From: Promethearchaeota archaeon
GTDB lineage: Archaea > Asgardarchaeota > Lokiarchaeia > Sigyniarchaeales > SOKP01
Length of the DNA stretch: 29,607 bases
Direction: 5' to 3'
Assembly: GCA_048938445.1 (NCBI GenBank)
Contig: JBHLME010000043.1
Span: 4,082 to 33,688 of the forward strand
Of the stretch, positions 9,218-18,220 are shown in pieces; the first letter of the stretch is position 1; every line of letters starts with the position of its first letter. Both the position numbers and the translations under genes were made by a program. The notes beneath the pieces were generated by a model that made no database searches, was not told where the DNA came from, and saw only the letters and a program-made list of their open reading frames with translations.

Positions 9218-10207
9218 TTATTTGATATTTTCATTTAAGAGTTCTTCTCTTCTCCTGCGATAAATAACAATTGGAATATCTCCTTGAATTAGCTCCTCTC
9301 CCATTTTCAAATTTGTTTTAATTGGTTGTTGAGTTATTACAACTCTTCTATCTTGATGAAGGATAATGATATTAAATTTATTTGCCAACCAATTGACAAA
9401 TGATTTTAAAAGAGGGATTCTTATAAATTTTTGATAAAAACGCATGTAGAATTTTGTGTGTTTCTCATCTATCGGCACGAAAGCAATGAATATTCGAACT
9501 TTATCACCTAAATAATTTTGCCATATATGTGGAAATTTAAAATGAAGATGAAACTTTTTCATTTCTTTAGTAAATCGTTCCGGTTTCAATGGTTTAGTCT
9601 TTCCATCATCCTTTTGGTTATATACCCAGAGAATAAATTCATTTTTATCTTCAGAAAATTCAACTAAGGGACCATGAACGAGAGTTTGATTCCCACGACC
9701 AATTGTATTGTGATGGACGAATGGTAAATGAACAACATCTAATTGATTTTCAATTGCTCGAGAATAATGGACAGGCCACACTTCAGAAAAAGTTTTATAT
9801 GAGAATTTTTTATCTATATCCTCAAAAAATGGAACAGGAGGATATTCTTCCCTAGGTTCCCCCCACCATATCCATATGAAATCATGTTCTTCTCTAGTCG
9901 GATATGAAATTACTTTAAACCGCTCAGGAACAGGTGAATTTTTCCCATTTGCGGGTATGATCGTGCATTTTCCTGTTCTGTCATATCGCAATCCGTGAAA
10001 AGGACATTCAATTATTTCAAACTTATCACATATTTTACCAATACTCAGTTGAGCTCCTCTATGAGCACATTTATCTCTCAGACATATTACGTTTTTATTA
10101 TGATTTCTCCAAAAAACTAACTTCTCTCCAAGCCTTGTTACTCCCATTAATTTTCCTTTTTTAACTTCTTTTGACTCCAATACAGCATACCATTGATTCC
10201 GAATCAT
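9218..10207 (-). CDS. Rieske non-heme iron oxygenase, alpha/monooxygenase type (VanA/KshA-like architecture)
   Basis: RNQWY start, Rieske ligands CAHR...CPFH, mononuclear Fe motif ENQLDVVHLPFVH, distal Asp in ILHQD. Confidence 0.9.
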   Translation of the reverse strand: MIRNQWYAVLESKEVKKGKLMGVTRLGEKLVFWRNHNKNVICLRDKCAHRGAQLSIGKICDKFEIIECPFHGLRYDRTGKCTIIPANGKNSPVPERFKVISYPTREEHDFIWIWWGEPREEYPPVPFFEDIDKKFSYKTFSEVWPVHYSRAIENQLDVVHLPFVHHNTIGRGNQTLVHGPLVEFSEDKNEFILWVYNQKDDGKTKPLKPERFTKEMKKFHLHFKFPHIWQNYLGDKVRIFIAFVPIDEKHTKFYMRFYQKFIRIPLLKSFVNWLANKFNIIILHQDRRVVITQQPIKTNLKMGEELIQGDIPIVIYRRRREELLNENIK

Positions 10208-10348
10208 ATCTGATCTATTATATTATTTTACCTGTAAAATTAACTTCTTTCATAATAAATTATAAATAGAGATTGATAAGTTAAATACAAATGAATTTTT
10301 TAATCTGAATTTTTATTAAATTAAATAAAAATAAAATAATTTTTTAAT

Positions 10349-11473
10349 GTGAGTGAAATGATATTTCAATTAAATCCTATTGCAGGAGTTATTCTTTTAA
10401 TACCAATTATATTTTTTATTTTTACGATTGGTTTTTTAGTATTTTTTTTAAGACGATATCTCGAAACAAAACATAAAATGTTTGGTTATTTAACAGTCTT
10501 CCTTTTAACTTATCTTTTACAGAATATATTTCAAATTGGTGAAATAGTTTCTAATACTAGAGCATTAATTGATTTTAATTTTATCATGCAAGAAACGTTT
10601 AATATGTTAGTATTATATTCAATGGTAGTACTTCTTGAAGTATTTGAGAGGGATGTTAGTTTTTCACGTAGGCAATCAATATTGACTATTCTTGTTTTTG
10701 CTACAATTGGTGGTATGATTTCTACACCAAAATTTATATATGACGAAAGTCTAATTTTTAGCACGAGCTTTTCATGGGAAGAACCAACCACATATATACA
10801 AATGATTTTTTATTTAATTGCCGGAATATGGTTAATATCAATGTTATATAGAAACTTTAAAACCGCATGGTCAAAAAAACAAAAAAGAATCATACGGTGG
10901 CTCTGGTGGGGTGTTTTTTTTGGAATATTTTATCCTTTTATAGCATATATCGGTATCATGTTTTTTTCAGCAATAAATACAATATTATTGATGACTCTCC
11001 TCATTATTACTTTAATTATAAGAAATATAGGAATTCTTTTCATTGCTGTTGCTTTTTTACAAGCAAGTAAGGAACCTTGGTTATTACAGAGACACAGAGC
11101 GCATTTCCTCATAGTTTATTCCAAAGATGGAATTCAATTATTCTCCAAGGTTTTTAATAAGAAATTGTCAGATGATAAGACACTACTATTAGCAGGAGGT
11201 TTTTCAGCGATAACTTCCATATTTAAAGAAGCAACTGAAACTACAGGAAGTATTAAATCTATATTATTAGAAGATAAAGAACTCCGTATAATAAATAAAA
11301 AGAATTTTATTTGTGCTATTTTGGTAGATTTTTCAACTCAAGCATCAGAAATTGCTCATGAACATTTTGCCGATGAATTTGAAACGATGTTTAAAGAAGA
11401 TTTAGAGGACTTTAATGGTGAAGTATCAAAATTTGATGTAGCTGATATAATTGTAGTGAAATATTTTTCATGA
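10349..11473 (+). CDS. Seven-TM membrane protein with C-terminal longin-like domain
   Basis: About seven hydrophobic helices in residues ~10-237. The tail FLIVYSKDGIQLFSKVF...LLAGGFSAITSIFKE...IKSI...FADEFETMF..DLEDFNGEVSKF follows the Asgard longin pattern. Confidence 0.75.
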   Translation: MSEMIFQLNPIAGVILLIPIIFFIFTIGFLVFFLRRYLETKHKMFGYLTVFLLTYLLQNIFQIGEIVSNTRALIDFNFIMQETFNMLVLYSMVVLLEVFERDVSFSRRQSILTILVFATIGGMISTPKFIYDESLIFSTSFSWEEPTTYIQMIFYLIAGIWLISMLYRNFKTAWSKKQKRIIRWLWWGVFFGIFYPFIAYIGIMFFSAINTILLMTLLIITLIIRNIGILFIAVAFLQASKEPWLLQRHRAHFLIVYSKDGIQLFSKVFNKKLSDDKTLLLAGGFSAITSIFKEATETTGSIKSILLEDKELRIINKKNFICAILVDFSTQASEIAHEHFADEFETMFKEDLEDFNGEVSKFDVADIIVVKYFS

Positions 11474-11484
11474 AACTATTTCTA

Positions 11485-12483
11485 TTAGAATAATAGTTCA
11501 CACATATCTTTCAAAATTGGTTTAATTTTTTTTTTCTTTCCATATACTTTAATGATCCAATAAGCATCAGGACAATATGTTGTTATGAATGTTTTATTTT
11601 CATCATAATTTCCAAGACTTTTAAAGTCCTCCATTCTTTTTAGGGCAATCTGGTTAATGACATCCGTCCTGAGTTGATGGCCAATACCACCTCCACAACA
11701 CCTATTAGGCACATCTTTCAATATAGAATAACCACTTTTTTTATACAAGTTCTCTAAATTTTCAACAATTTTTGGTATCTCTCCATTTCTTAGTGGACAA
11801 GCATGTTGAATGATTAATTTTCCCGATTTTTTTATTTTAGAAGGTTCTAAATACTCGGTAAAAAATTTAATATTCATTTTTATGGTACTAAATTCCTTTT
11901 TAAAAACCAAATAGCAACTTGGACATGTAGTAATGATTGTTTCAATTCCCTTTTGTTGAAAAAGTTCTTTATTCTTCATTACTAATTCATGATATGATTC
12001 TATCGCACCATTGCATAAAATAGGATAACCACAGCATATTTCCTCATTTAAAACTGTAAAGTTTACTTTCTTTTTAAGTAAATATTCTATAATGTTTTCA
12101 GCATATTTAGGAGTTTTAATGCTTGTAAAGCATCCCATGTACAATAATGTTTTTGATTTTTCAGGAATATTTTCAAAATGGCGAACCCTACTTTTATTTT
12201 TAATGAAAGGAGTTCCATGGATTTCAAGCGCCTTTATAGTATCTTCTAATCCTTCGATTCTACCGCCATCTTTTAAAAATTTTTCCTTTAGAATGAATCG
12301 TTCAGCAGTAGTCCCACAATCATTGCAGTGAATACAATTATAAACTCTCAAGTAATCCTCTTGAGAAAACTTGTATTCTTTTTGATGGTCAACAAGCCAC
12401 TTGACTTCCTCGTTTTCTATGAAATGATCTGGATCAGCTTCTCTACAGGGACAATAGAATTCTTCATTAGATTTTTCGCTCAT
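11485..12483 (-). CDS. CCG-domain Fe-S protein (HdrD/GlpC-like)
   Basis: CIHCNDC; CCG repeat 1 GC...CCGYP...CPSC; repeat 2 HAC...CCGGG...CPDA (last Cys missing). Confidence 0.85.
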   Translation of the reverse strand: MSEKSNEEFYCPCREADPDHFIENEEVKWLVDHQKEYKFSQEDYLRVYNCIHCNDCGTTAERFILKEKFLKDGGRIEGLEDTIKALEIHGTPFIKNKSRVRHFENIPEKSKTLLYMGCFTSIKTPKYAENIIEYLLKKKVNFTVLNEEICCGYPILCNGAIESYHELVMKNKELFQQKGIETIITTCPSCYLVFKKEFSTIKMNIKFFTEYLEPSKIKKSGKLIIQHACPLRNGEIPKIVENLENLYKKSGYSILKDVPNRCCGGGIGHQLRTDVINQIALKRMEDFKSLGNYDENKTFITTYCPDAYWIIKVYGKKKKIKPILKDMCELLF

Positions 12484-13481
12484 GATAATAATTCAAAAAT
12501 ATCCTTTGCTTTTGGTTTAATCTTGCATTGCTTACTAAATCGTTTTAATATCCACCAACAACTCACGCAATATGTAGTTGCATAGTCAACATCATCTCTA
12601 TCAAAATCTTCCATCCTTTTTCTTGCGATGGCATCGATGATATCAATTCTATGCATGTATCCCAATCCCCCGCCACAACACCAATGTGGGACATTGGCGA
12701 TCTCATATCCACTTTCTATTAAAGTATTATCAACGAATTCTGAAATATCTTCCCGACCACGATTTATAAGTTGACAAAGATGCTGAAGTTCCACCTTTCC
12801 AGATTTTTTTGTTTCAGCTGGTTTTAGATAATCAATTGCAAACTCAAATTCAGTATCAGAATCCATTTCTGGCTTATAAAATTTGTTAAATAAGAAATAA
12901 CATGCTGGACAGAGGCAAATTACTTTTTTATAATTCTTAAATATCTCAATATTTTCTTCTTTACATTTTTCAAATTCTTGCATTGAACCACTTGCAAACC
13001 AAGGCCATCCACAACAAATTTCTTGCTCCAAGATCGTAAAATCTATTCCTTGTTTTAGTAAATATTCTAAAGAATGTTCAGTATAACGGGGAATGCGAAT
13101 CGTGGACAAGCATCCCATAAAATACAACGTATCTGATTCTTCCGGAATTCCTTCTGGACGCTTTATCCTCATTATATTCGTGGGATATGGACTTCTAAAT
13201 TTTTCAAAACACTCTCGCATTTCATCTAATCCTTTGAGAGTAAAACCTTGTTTTAAAAACTCTTCTTTTAGCTTGATGCGCTCCATTTCTGTATCGCACA
13301 ATCCACAATGCACGCAATTATAGATACGATAATAATCTTCTTGTTTAAATTTGAGATCATCAAGATTTTTTATCATCTGTTCTACGTCTTCATCCGAATA
13401 AAAGTTATCTTTATCAACTTCTTCAGTTGGATATTTTTTTCTATCTTTCGGATATTCTAAGTTTCCTTTCATGGTAACCAT
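12480..13481 (-). CDS. CCG-domain Fe-S protein (HdrD/GlpC-like), paralog of the downstream gene
   Basis: CVHCGLC; GC...CCGWP...CPAC; HLC...CCGGG...CVSC. Stop overlaps the start of the paralog (ATGA). Confidence 0.85.
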   Translation of the reverse strand: MVTMKGNLEYPKDRKKYPTEEVDKDNFYSDEDVEQMIKNLDDLKFKQEDYYRIYNCVHCGLCDTEMERIKLKEEFLKQGFTLKGLDEMRECFEKFRSPYPTNIMRIKRPEGIPEESDTLYFMGCLSTIRIPRYTEHSLEYLLKQGIDFTILEQEICCGWPWFASGSMQEFEKCKEENIEIFKNYKKVICLCPACYFLFNKFYKPEMDSDTEFEFAIDYLKPAETKKSGKVELQHLCQLINRGREDISEFVDNTLIESGYEIANVPHWCCGGGLGYMHRIDIIDAIARKRMEDFDRDDVDYATTYCVSCWWILKRFSKQCKIKPKAKDIFELLS

Positions 13482-13610
13482 TAAATTTTATTAACTCGGG
13501 TATCAAATAAATATAATTATTAATTTTTATAAAGTTAGTTGACTTAAAGAAATTAAACTATAACTTTCAAAATCTTTCTCAATTGTTATAAACTAAAATT
13601 TATTAGAGGA

Positions 13611-14735
13611 TTGTCTGGAAATATGGAAGAACTTTTTATAATAACCGAAGGTGGTCAATTAATTTTTAGCTGGCATCCAAGAAATTTATCAAAGGATTCA
13701 AAACAAGATGATGATTTAATCACGGGATTTCTCTCAGCACTTAATAGTTTTGCTACCCTTGAAAGGGGGGAAGACATCAAATCTTTAAAATTAAAGGAAA
13801 CCACGATCATATTTGAAAAGAATGATGATTTGGTCCAGAAACTTACATTTGTTATAACTACAAAAAATGAATTATTGATTGAGATTTGTCATTCTATTGT
13901 TCATGATCTTATGGATTTGTTTTTGAAAACCTATGAAGACATACTTAATAGAGAATTTGATGGTGAAATCTCAAAATTTTTGCCATTTTCGCAACAAGTT
14001 GAAAAAATAGTATATAATCATGGTTTGGATATCTTAAATGATTCTGTTATCGAAATAAATAAAGGAGGCATCATGAAATCAATAACACTTATAGAACCAA
14101 AAAGCGCTCAAATCTTTTATATTCATTCAAAACAATATGTAGATAAAGACAAACTTAGCTTTCTAATCCCTCTAATTGCTAATTCTTCTCGATTATTATA
14201 TAAGAATAATCTTGGTGAAAACGTCAGGTGGATCTTGCTTACTACTGCTAGGAGTGAAATCATGTTAGTAGAAATAAGGAATAAGTTATTAATTATTAAG
14301 CAATATCAATTAGAAAAAAATATCGAAAATGATTTCCTCTCTTTAGAATATTTTAAAAACAAGGATGTATACGTGAAAAAACCTAAAAAAGTAGTAAAGA
14401 CATTTGAGAATTTAATTTGGAGCCCTAAAATAAAGCAATTATTTCTAGTTGATTTGGTTGGAAAGATTCTTTATTCGAGGATCTTTGATGAGTCTTATAA
14501 TTGTATGGATTATATTCCCGAAACAATAAGCTTCTTAACGTCATCTAAAAAAACCAGTGAGCAAATCTATAATCAAGTCTTATTTCATTCAACTATCGGT
14601 GGGGACAAACAGTTAACTACCATTTGCATTAATTTTAATAATCTAGCTTTGATATTGATTGGAGATATTCATGAATTGAGCGATTTTAAAGTTATCGAAA
14701 ACATTTGCGAAGAAATTGTCATCCAACTGATATGA
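13611..14735 (+). CDS. Soluble multi-longin/roadblock domain protein
   Basis: N-terminal longin pattern (ELFIITEGGQLIFSW...LITGFLSALNSFA...IKSLKL...FDGEISKF), then two more beta-beta-alpha-beta units (SITLIEPKSAQIFY...; QLFLVDLVGKILYS...). Start may be ATG 13623. Confidence 0.7.
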   Translation: MSGNMEELFIITEGGQLIFSWHPRNLSKDSKQDDDLITGFLSALNSFATLERGEDIKSLKLKETTIIFEKNDDLVQKLTFVITTKNELLIEICHSIVHDLMDLFLKTYEDILNREFDGEISKFLPFSQQVEKIVYNHGLDILNDSVIEINKGGIMKSITLIEPKSAQIFYIHSKQYVDKDKLSFLIPLIANSSRLLYKNNLGENVRWILLTTARSEIMLVEIRNKLLIIKQYQLEKNIENDFLSLEYFKNKDVYVKKPKKVVKTFENLIWSPKIKQLFLVDLVGKILYSRIFDESYNCMDYIPETISFLTSSKKTSEQIYNQVLFHSTIGGDKQLTTICINFNNLALILIGDIHELSDFKVIENICEEIVIQLI

Positions 14736-14847
14736 ATTTCAAATCCTCTTACTTTATTTTATAACTGATAAATTTATATGTTAATTTTGAATTAAAGGCA
14801 TTAACTCATAATGAGATTTAAATTATATATATTAAAGGAAATGATAA

Positions 14848-15924
14848 ATGATTTTTCAAGATATTCCCGTTGAAATAATGACCTCTCTAATTCATTTAAT
14901 GTTATACATGTCTACTATAGGTTTTGGTTTTGCCATAGCAAACTTTTTTATTGGACTTTCCTATCTAAAAGATTTAAATGAATTAACAATCGTGGAAATT
15001 AAAGCTCATAAGTTATATGGTAGAATAGGCGCCATGGTGTTTTATATCCTAACGATTTTATGCATAGTTACTGCTGTCATTCCACGATTGAATCTTGAAA
15101 GATTTGATGAATTTTTCATAGCTACGATATTCTGGCATACTGGTCTGGGCGGATTCATCGCATTCGTGTTATTTGAAATCAAGATATTTTTTGCTGTATT
15201 TAAAAAGGATACAATTTATAAAAAAGGAAAATTTATAGGTCCAATAGGGTTTTTTGGCTGGGCACTTGCTTACTTTACCTCAAATATAGATTTCTATTTT
15301 TACGTCAATCCAATCGGGAAGATTGATTATCCAATATTGATACCCAATTACTTGATATCGCTCATAATTTCTATTTTCATAGGAGGAATATTATTTGCTG
15401 CAATAAAAGCCATAAAATTCAAAAAATATGGAATAGCAGATAAAAAATCAAACTTACATGGTGTTGCGATGATCTTACATGGGATTACTTTTGGTTATGA
15501 GGGAAGTACAAAAGACTTGGTTGGAACTCCTGTATTATACAAGTATGTGTTCCCCAAGACTTACAAGTTCCTTGAACGATATGCTGAAAAAATTGGACTT
15601 GAATTAGATGATTTAAGAAAATATAATTTAAACGAGGCCATGGATATTGCAATGAAAAAATTTGCCGAGATTGGAATGGCAGAAAAAATAAAGATTGATT
15701 GGTTATCTGAAAGTGAATTTACCGTTGAATCAATCAATTGTTCTACTGCCGTGGTCAGGTCATATATGGATAATGAAGAATTAATAAATTCTATTTGTCC
15801 TTGGGCAATTCTAGCAGCATCAATCGTGAATGCTTTAACAGGAAATGATTTAGAGATAGCTCCAAGTGAATTCAACAATATTGGAGCAAAAAGCAAGCTA
15901 AAGATCATAAAGAAGGATAAATAG
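14848..15924 (+). CDS. Membrane protein: His-containing ~5-TM domain (DUF6529/cytochrome b-like) fused to a V4R-like cytoplasmic domain
   Basis: HKLYGR...C...WHTGLG...K...G..GF...FTS pattern in the TM region. C-terminal FTVESINCSTA...ICPWAILAASIV resembles the V4R fold. Family calls are from motif recall. Confidence 0.6.
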   Translation: MIFQDIPVEIMTSLIHLMLYMSTIGFGFAIANFFIGLSYLKDLNELTIVEIKAHKLYGRIGAMVFYILTILCIVTAVIPRLNLERFDEFFIATIFWHTGLGGFIAFVLFEIKIFFAVFKKDTIYKKGKFIGPIGFFGWALAYFTSNIDFYFYVNPIGKIDYPILIPNYLISLIISIFIGGILFAAIKAIKFKKYGIADKKSNLHGVAMILHGITFGYEGSTKDLVGTPVLYKYVFPKTYKFLERYAEKIGLELDDLRKYNLNEAMDIAMKKFAEIGMAEKIKIDWLSESEFTVESINCSTAVVRSYMDNEELINSICPWAILAASIVNALTGNDLEIAPSEFNNIGAKSKLKIIKKDK

Positions 15925-16078
15925 TCATATTCTTAAGTAACATTTCTATTTTTTTTTTCACAAAAATCAATTATCATACTTTCATCTAATTTTTTCATAC
16001 TCAATTTTAAATAAATAATTTAACCAAATTTTCATATTGGCTTCGGAATTATTCATATTATATTCTATAGTGATAGGA

Positions 16079-16086
16079 TTTAAATA
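16079..16086 (+). promoter_or_regulatory. Candidate TATA box for the Cys-rich peptide gene
   Basis: TTTAAATA about 50 nt upstream of ATG 16137. Weak evidence because the background is very AT-rich. Confidence 0.3.
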
Positions 16087-16136
16087 AAACTTCACTAATA
16101 ATTTTATTAACTAAATAAATTTGTTTAGGGAAAAAA

Positions 16137-16262
16137 ATGAAAATTGTTAAAAAAGAAAAAATGACCGCAACAGCATGCAAATGCGGTAGTGCCTGCATTT
16201 CCGCAAGTTGTAAATGTGGAAGTGCTTGTATTAGCAGCTGCAAATGTGGAAGCTCATGCTAA
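16137..16262 (+). CDS. 41-aa Cys-rich repeat peptide: putative radical-SAM-modified RiPP precursor (alternative: metallothionein)
   Basis: Below the ORF-track cutoff. Translates as MKIVKKEKMTATACKCGSACISASCKCGSACISSCKCGSSC*. Three CKCGS(A/S)C repeats differ mostly at synonymous positions (TGC/TGT, GGT/GGA, AGT/AGC, GCC/GCT), indicating selection on the protein. Followed by an oligo-T tract. Confidence 0.88.
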   Translation: MKIVKKEKMTATACKCGSACISASCKCGSACISSCKCGSSC

Positions 16263-16280
16263 AAAATCTATTTATATCTC

Positions 16281-16289
16281 TTTTTTTTT
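16281..16289 (+). terminator. Oligo-T terminator after the peptide gene
   Basis: T9 run 19 nt after TAA. Confidence 0.5.
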
Positions 16290-16440
16290 ATATATCCTTT
16301 ACTTTTTCATAATATATCAATTGTAAGGCAAAATCAATAAGGTTATTCTAGATTTACTCTCTTTTCCTAATATTTTTAAAATTACATAATATGATATCCT
16401 TTCATTAAATTAATGTATATAAAAAACATTTATATTGTCA

Positions 16441-16740
16441 TTAAAAAATAATACAAATAATAACGCCAAAAAGCATAAATCCTATCATTATAGAGAGAAC
16501 TATTATTGAACGATTTCTATATTTTTTTTTTGTATAAGATTCAACAAGATATCTTAAACGAAAGATCCATAAGTACAATGAGCCATCAATGAGGATAATA
16601 AAAATGAATATTAAAATCCATATCTCCTTGAACCTAGGATCAGTCCCAAAAATATTCGAGAGAAGTATTGCACCCACCAAGATAAAATAATAAAAGTTCT
16701 TAATTGTTTCTAATTTTTTGATCTTATCTTCTATTGACAT
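16441..16740 (-). CDS. Small three-TM membrane protein, unknown function
   Basis: 99 aa, three hydrophobic segments with a basic loop. Confidence 0.65.
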   Translation of the reverse strand: MSIEDKIKKLETIKNFYYFILVGAILLSNIFGTDPRFKEIWILIFIFIILIDGSLYLWIFRLRYLVESYTKKKYRNRSIIVLSIMIGFMLFGVIICIIF

Positions 16741-16916
16741 TTTAAATCTCTTATTGATTTTTGATTAATCTGTGCATTTTGGTATTATTTAAGAATATAT
16801 TCCTCAATATTCTTTAAAAATGTATTTATTAAAATTTGATTATTTTTTTTTTTCAAACCCTTTTTTTTTAAATTAAAACCTTAATCTTTATATTACGCTT
16901 AATTTTACTTTATTTC

Positions 16917-18194
16917 ATGGACCAGAGTTATTATCCATGTATTTTTGACCACATTAGTTTCAGGAGATATTCTGAAATAAATATTTATGATTTGAAAAAT
17001 GATGATTCATATGTTATTGATGATGAAGCGTATGAATTATTGATGAAATTCGATGGTCAAAAAACAATTCAAGAAATACTTGAGCAGTATCCCTCCAATA
17101 AACAGCAAGAAATTACCAACGCTATTAATGATTTTTATGAATTAAATGTTATTAAATTTAGTACAAAAAAAACTGAAGATATTCCCATTCCAATAAAACT
17201 AAAAGAGAAAATACCAAAAAAAAATTACATTGGATTACCATATTTTAAGAATTTAATGCTTAATGTAACCGAAAAATGTAATTTGACATGTAAGCATTGC
17301 TACATTACTAATAAAAATCCAATAGATTTTCCATTTGATAATTTAAAGGAAATAATCAAAAAATTTTTTGATTTACAGGGAATAAAGATAATTTTGACTG
17401 GAGGAGAGCCATATCTTTACACTCACCTGAAAGAATTGTTAGTATTTTTAAAGGCTTATCCTTTACAAAAAGAAATGCTCTCCAATGGAGTTTTAATTAA
17501 AAAACATCCTGAAATTCTAACTTTATTGAAAGAAAATTATTTCGATGTTTACATTAGCATTGATGGTATGAAAGATACTCATAATGATTTTAGAAATTCA
17601 AATTGTTTTCAGGATACGATCGAGGGAATTAAATTACTGCTTGAAAATGGTATTAATACTTCAATCAATACCATGGTTCATAAACAAAACCTTGATGAAT
17701 TTGAATCAATGTTAAACCTGATAAATTCTTTAGGAAAAATAAAAAACTGGTCAATTGATATCCCAACATTTAATAATTCCATATCAAAAGATATAATAGA
17801 TAAATATGCCATAACACCGGATGAAGGAGGAAAAATATTAAAAGATTACGGATGGGGTGTTATTTACGAGTCTGAAGGGGGAAACTATGCCTGTGGACCA
17901 AATCTAATGGCAATTGATGTGACAGGAATTGTTACAAAATGTGGATTTTTTTATGAAGAAAGCGTTGGGAATGTTCATGAAATTGGACTCGAAAAAAGTT
18001 GGAAACTCATTCAAAAACAGCTTAATTGGTCCATTGATGATTTAAAATGTAATGAACTGAACTGCGAATTTTTAGATGAATGTAGAGGGGGTTGTAGATA
18101 TAGAGCATATCAACATTCTGGAGATATTCGCGGTATTGATACTTATAAATGTTTTCAATATGGAAAACTTAAAAATAAATCCGAATTAAAATGA
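16917..18194 (+). CDS. Radical SAM/SPASM-domain protein with N-terminal PqqD/RRE-like domain (putative peptide maturase)
   Basis: CNLTCKHC (17277-17300), TGGEP, SIDG. SPASM cysteines ACG...KCG...GNV...C...C....CRGGCRYRA...KC. N-terminus IYDLKNDDSYVIDDEAYELLMKFDGQKTIQEIL...INDFYELNVI fits the three-strand plus winged-helix RRE pattern. Confidence 0.92.
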   Translation: MDQSYYPCIFDHISFRRYSEINIYDLKNDDSYVIDDEAYELLMKFDGQKTIQEILEQYPSNKQQEITNAINDFYELNVIKFSTKKTEDIPIPIKLKEKIPKKNYIGLPYFKNLMLNVTEKCNLTCKHCYITNKNPIDFPFDNLKEIIKKFFDLQGIKIILTGGEPYLYTHLKELLVFLKAYPLQKEMLSNGVLIKKHPEILTLLKENYFDVYISIDGMKDTHNDFRNSNCFQDTIEGIKLLLENGINTSINTMVHKQNLDEFESMLNLINSLGKIKNWSIDIPTFNNSISKDIIDKYAITPDEGGKILKDYGWGVIYESEGGNYACGPNLMAIDVTGIVTKCGFFYEESVGNVHEIGLEKSWKLIQKQLNWSIDDLKCNELNCEFLDECRGGCRYRAYQHSGDIRGIDTYKCFQYGKLKNKSELK

Positions 18195-18220
18195 ATATAG
18201 CGAAGCAAAGAGGTGTAAAA

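Noticed and set aside
5630-13481. Possible selenocysteine (UGA) recoding in the redox genes
   Set aside because: No in-frame TGA at catalytic Cys positions; the TGA stops occur at expected protein ends.
16058-16243. 61-aa minus-strand ORF with QALPHL repeats
   Set aside because: Antisense shadow of the Cys-rich peptide; repeat variation is synonymous in the plus-strand Cys frame.
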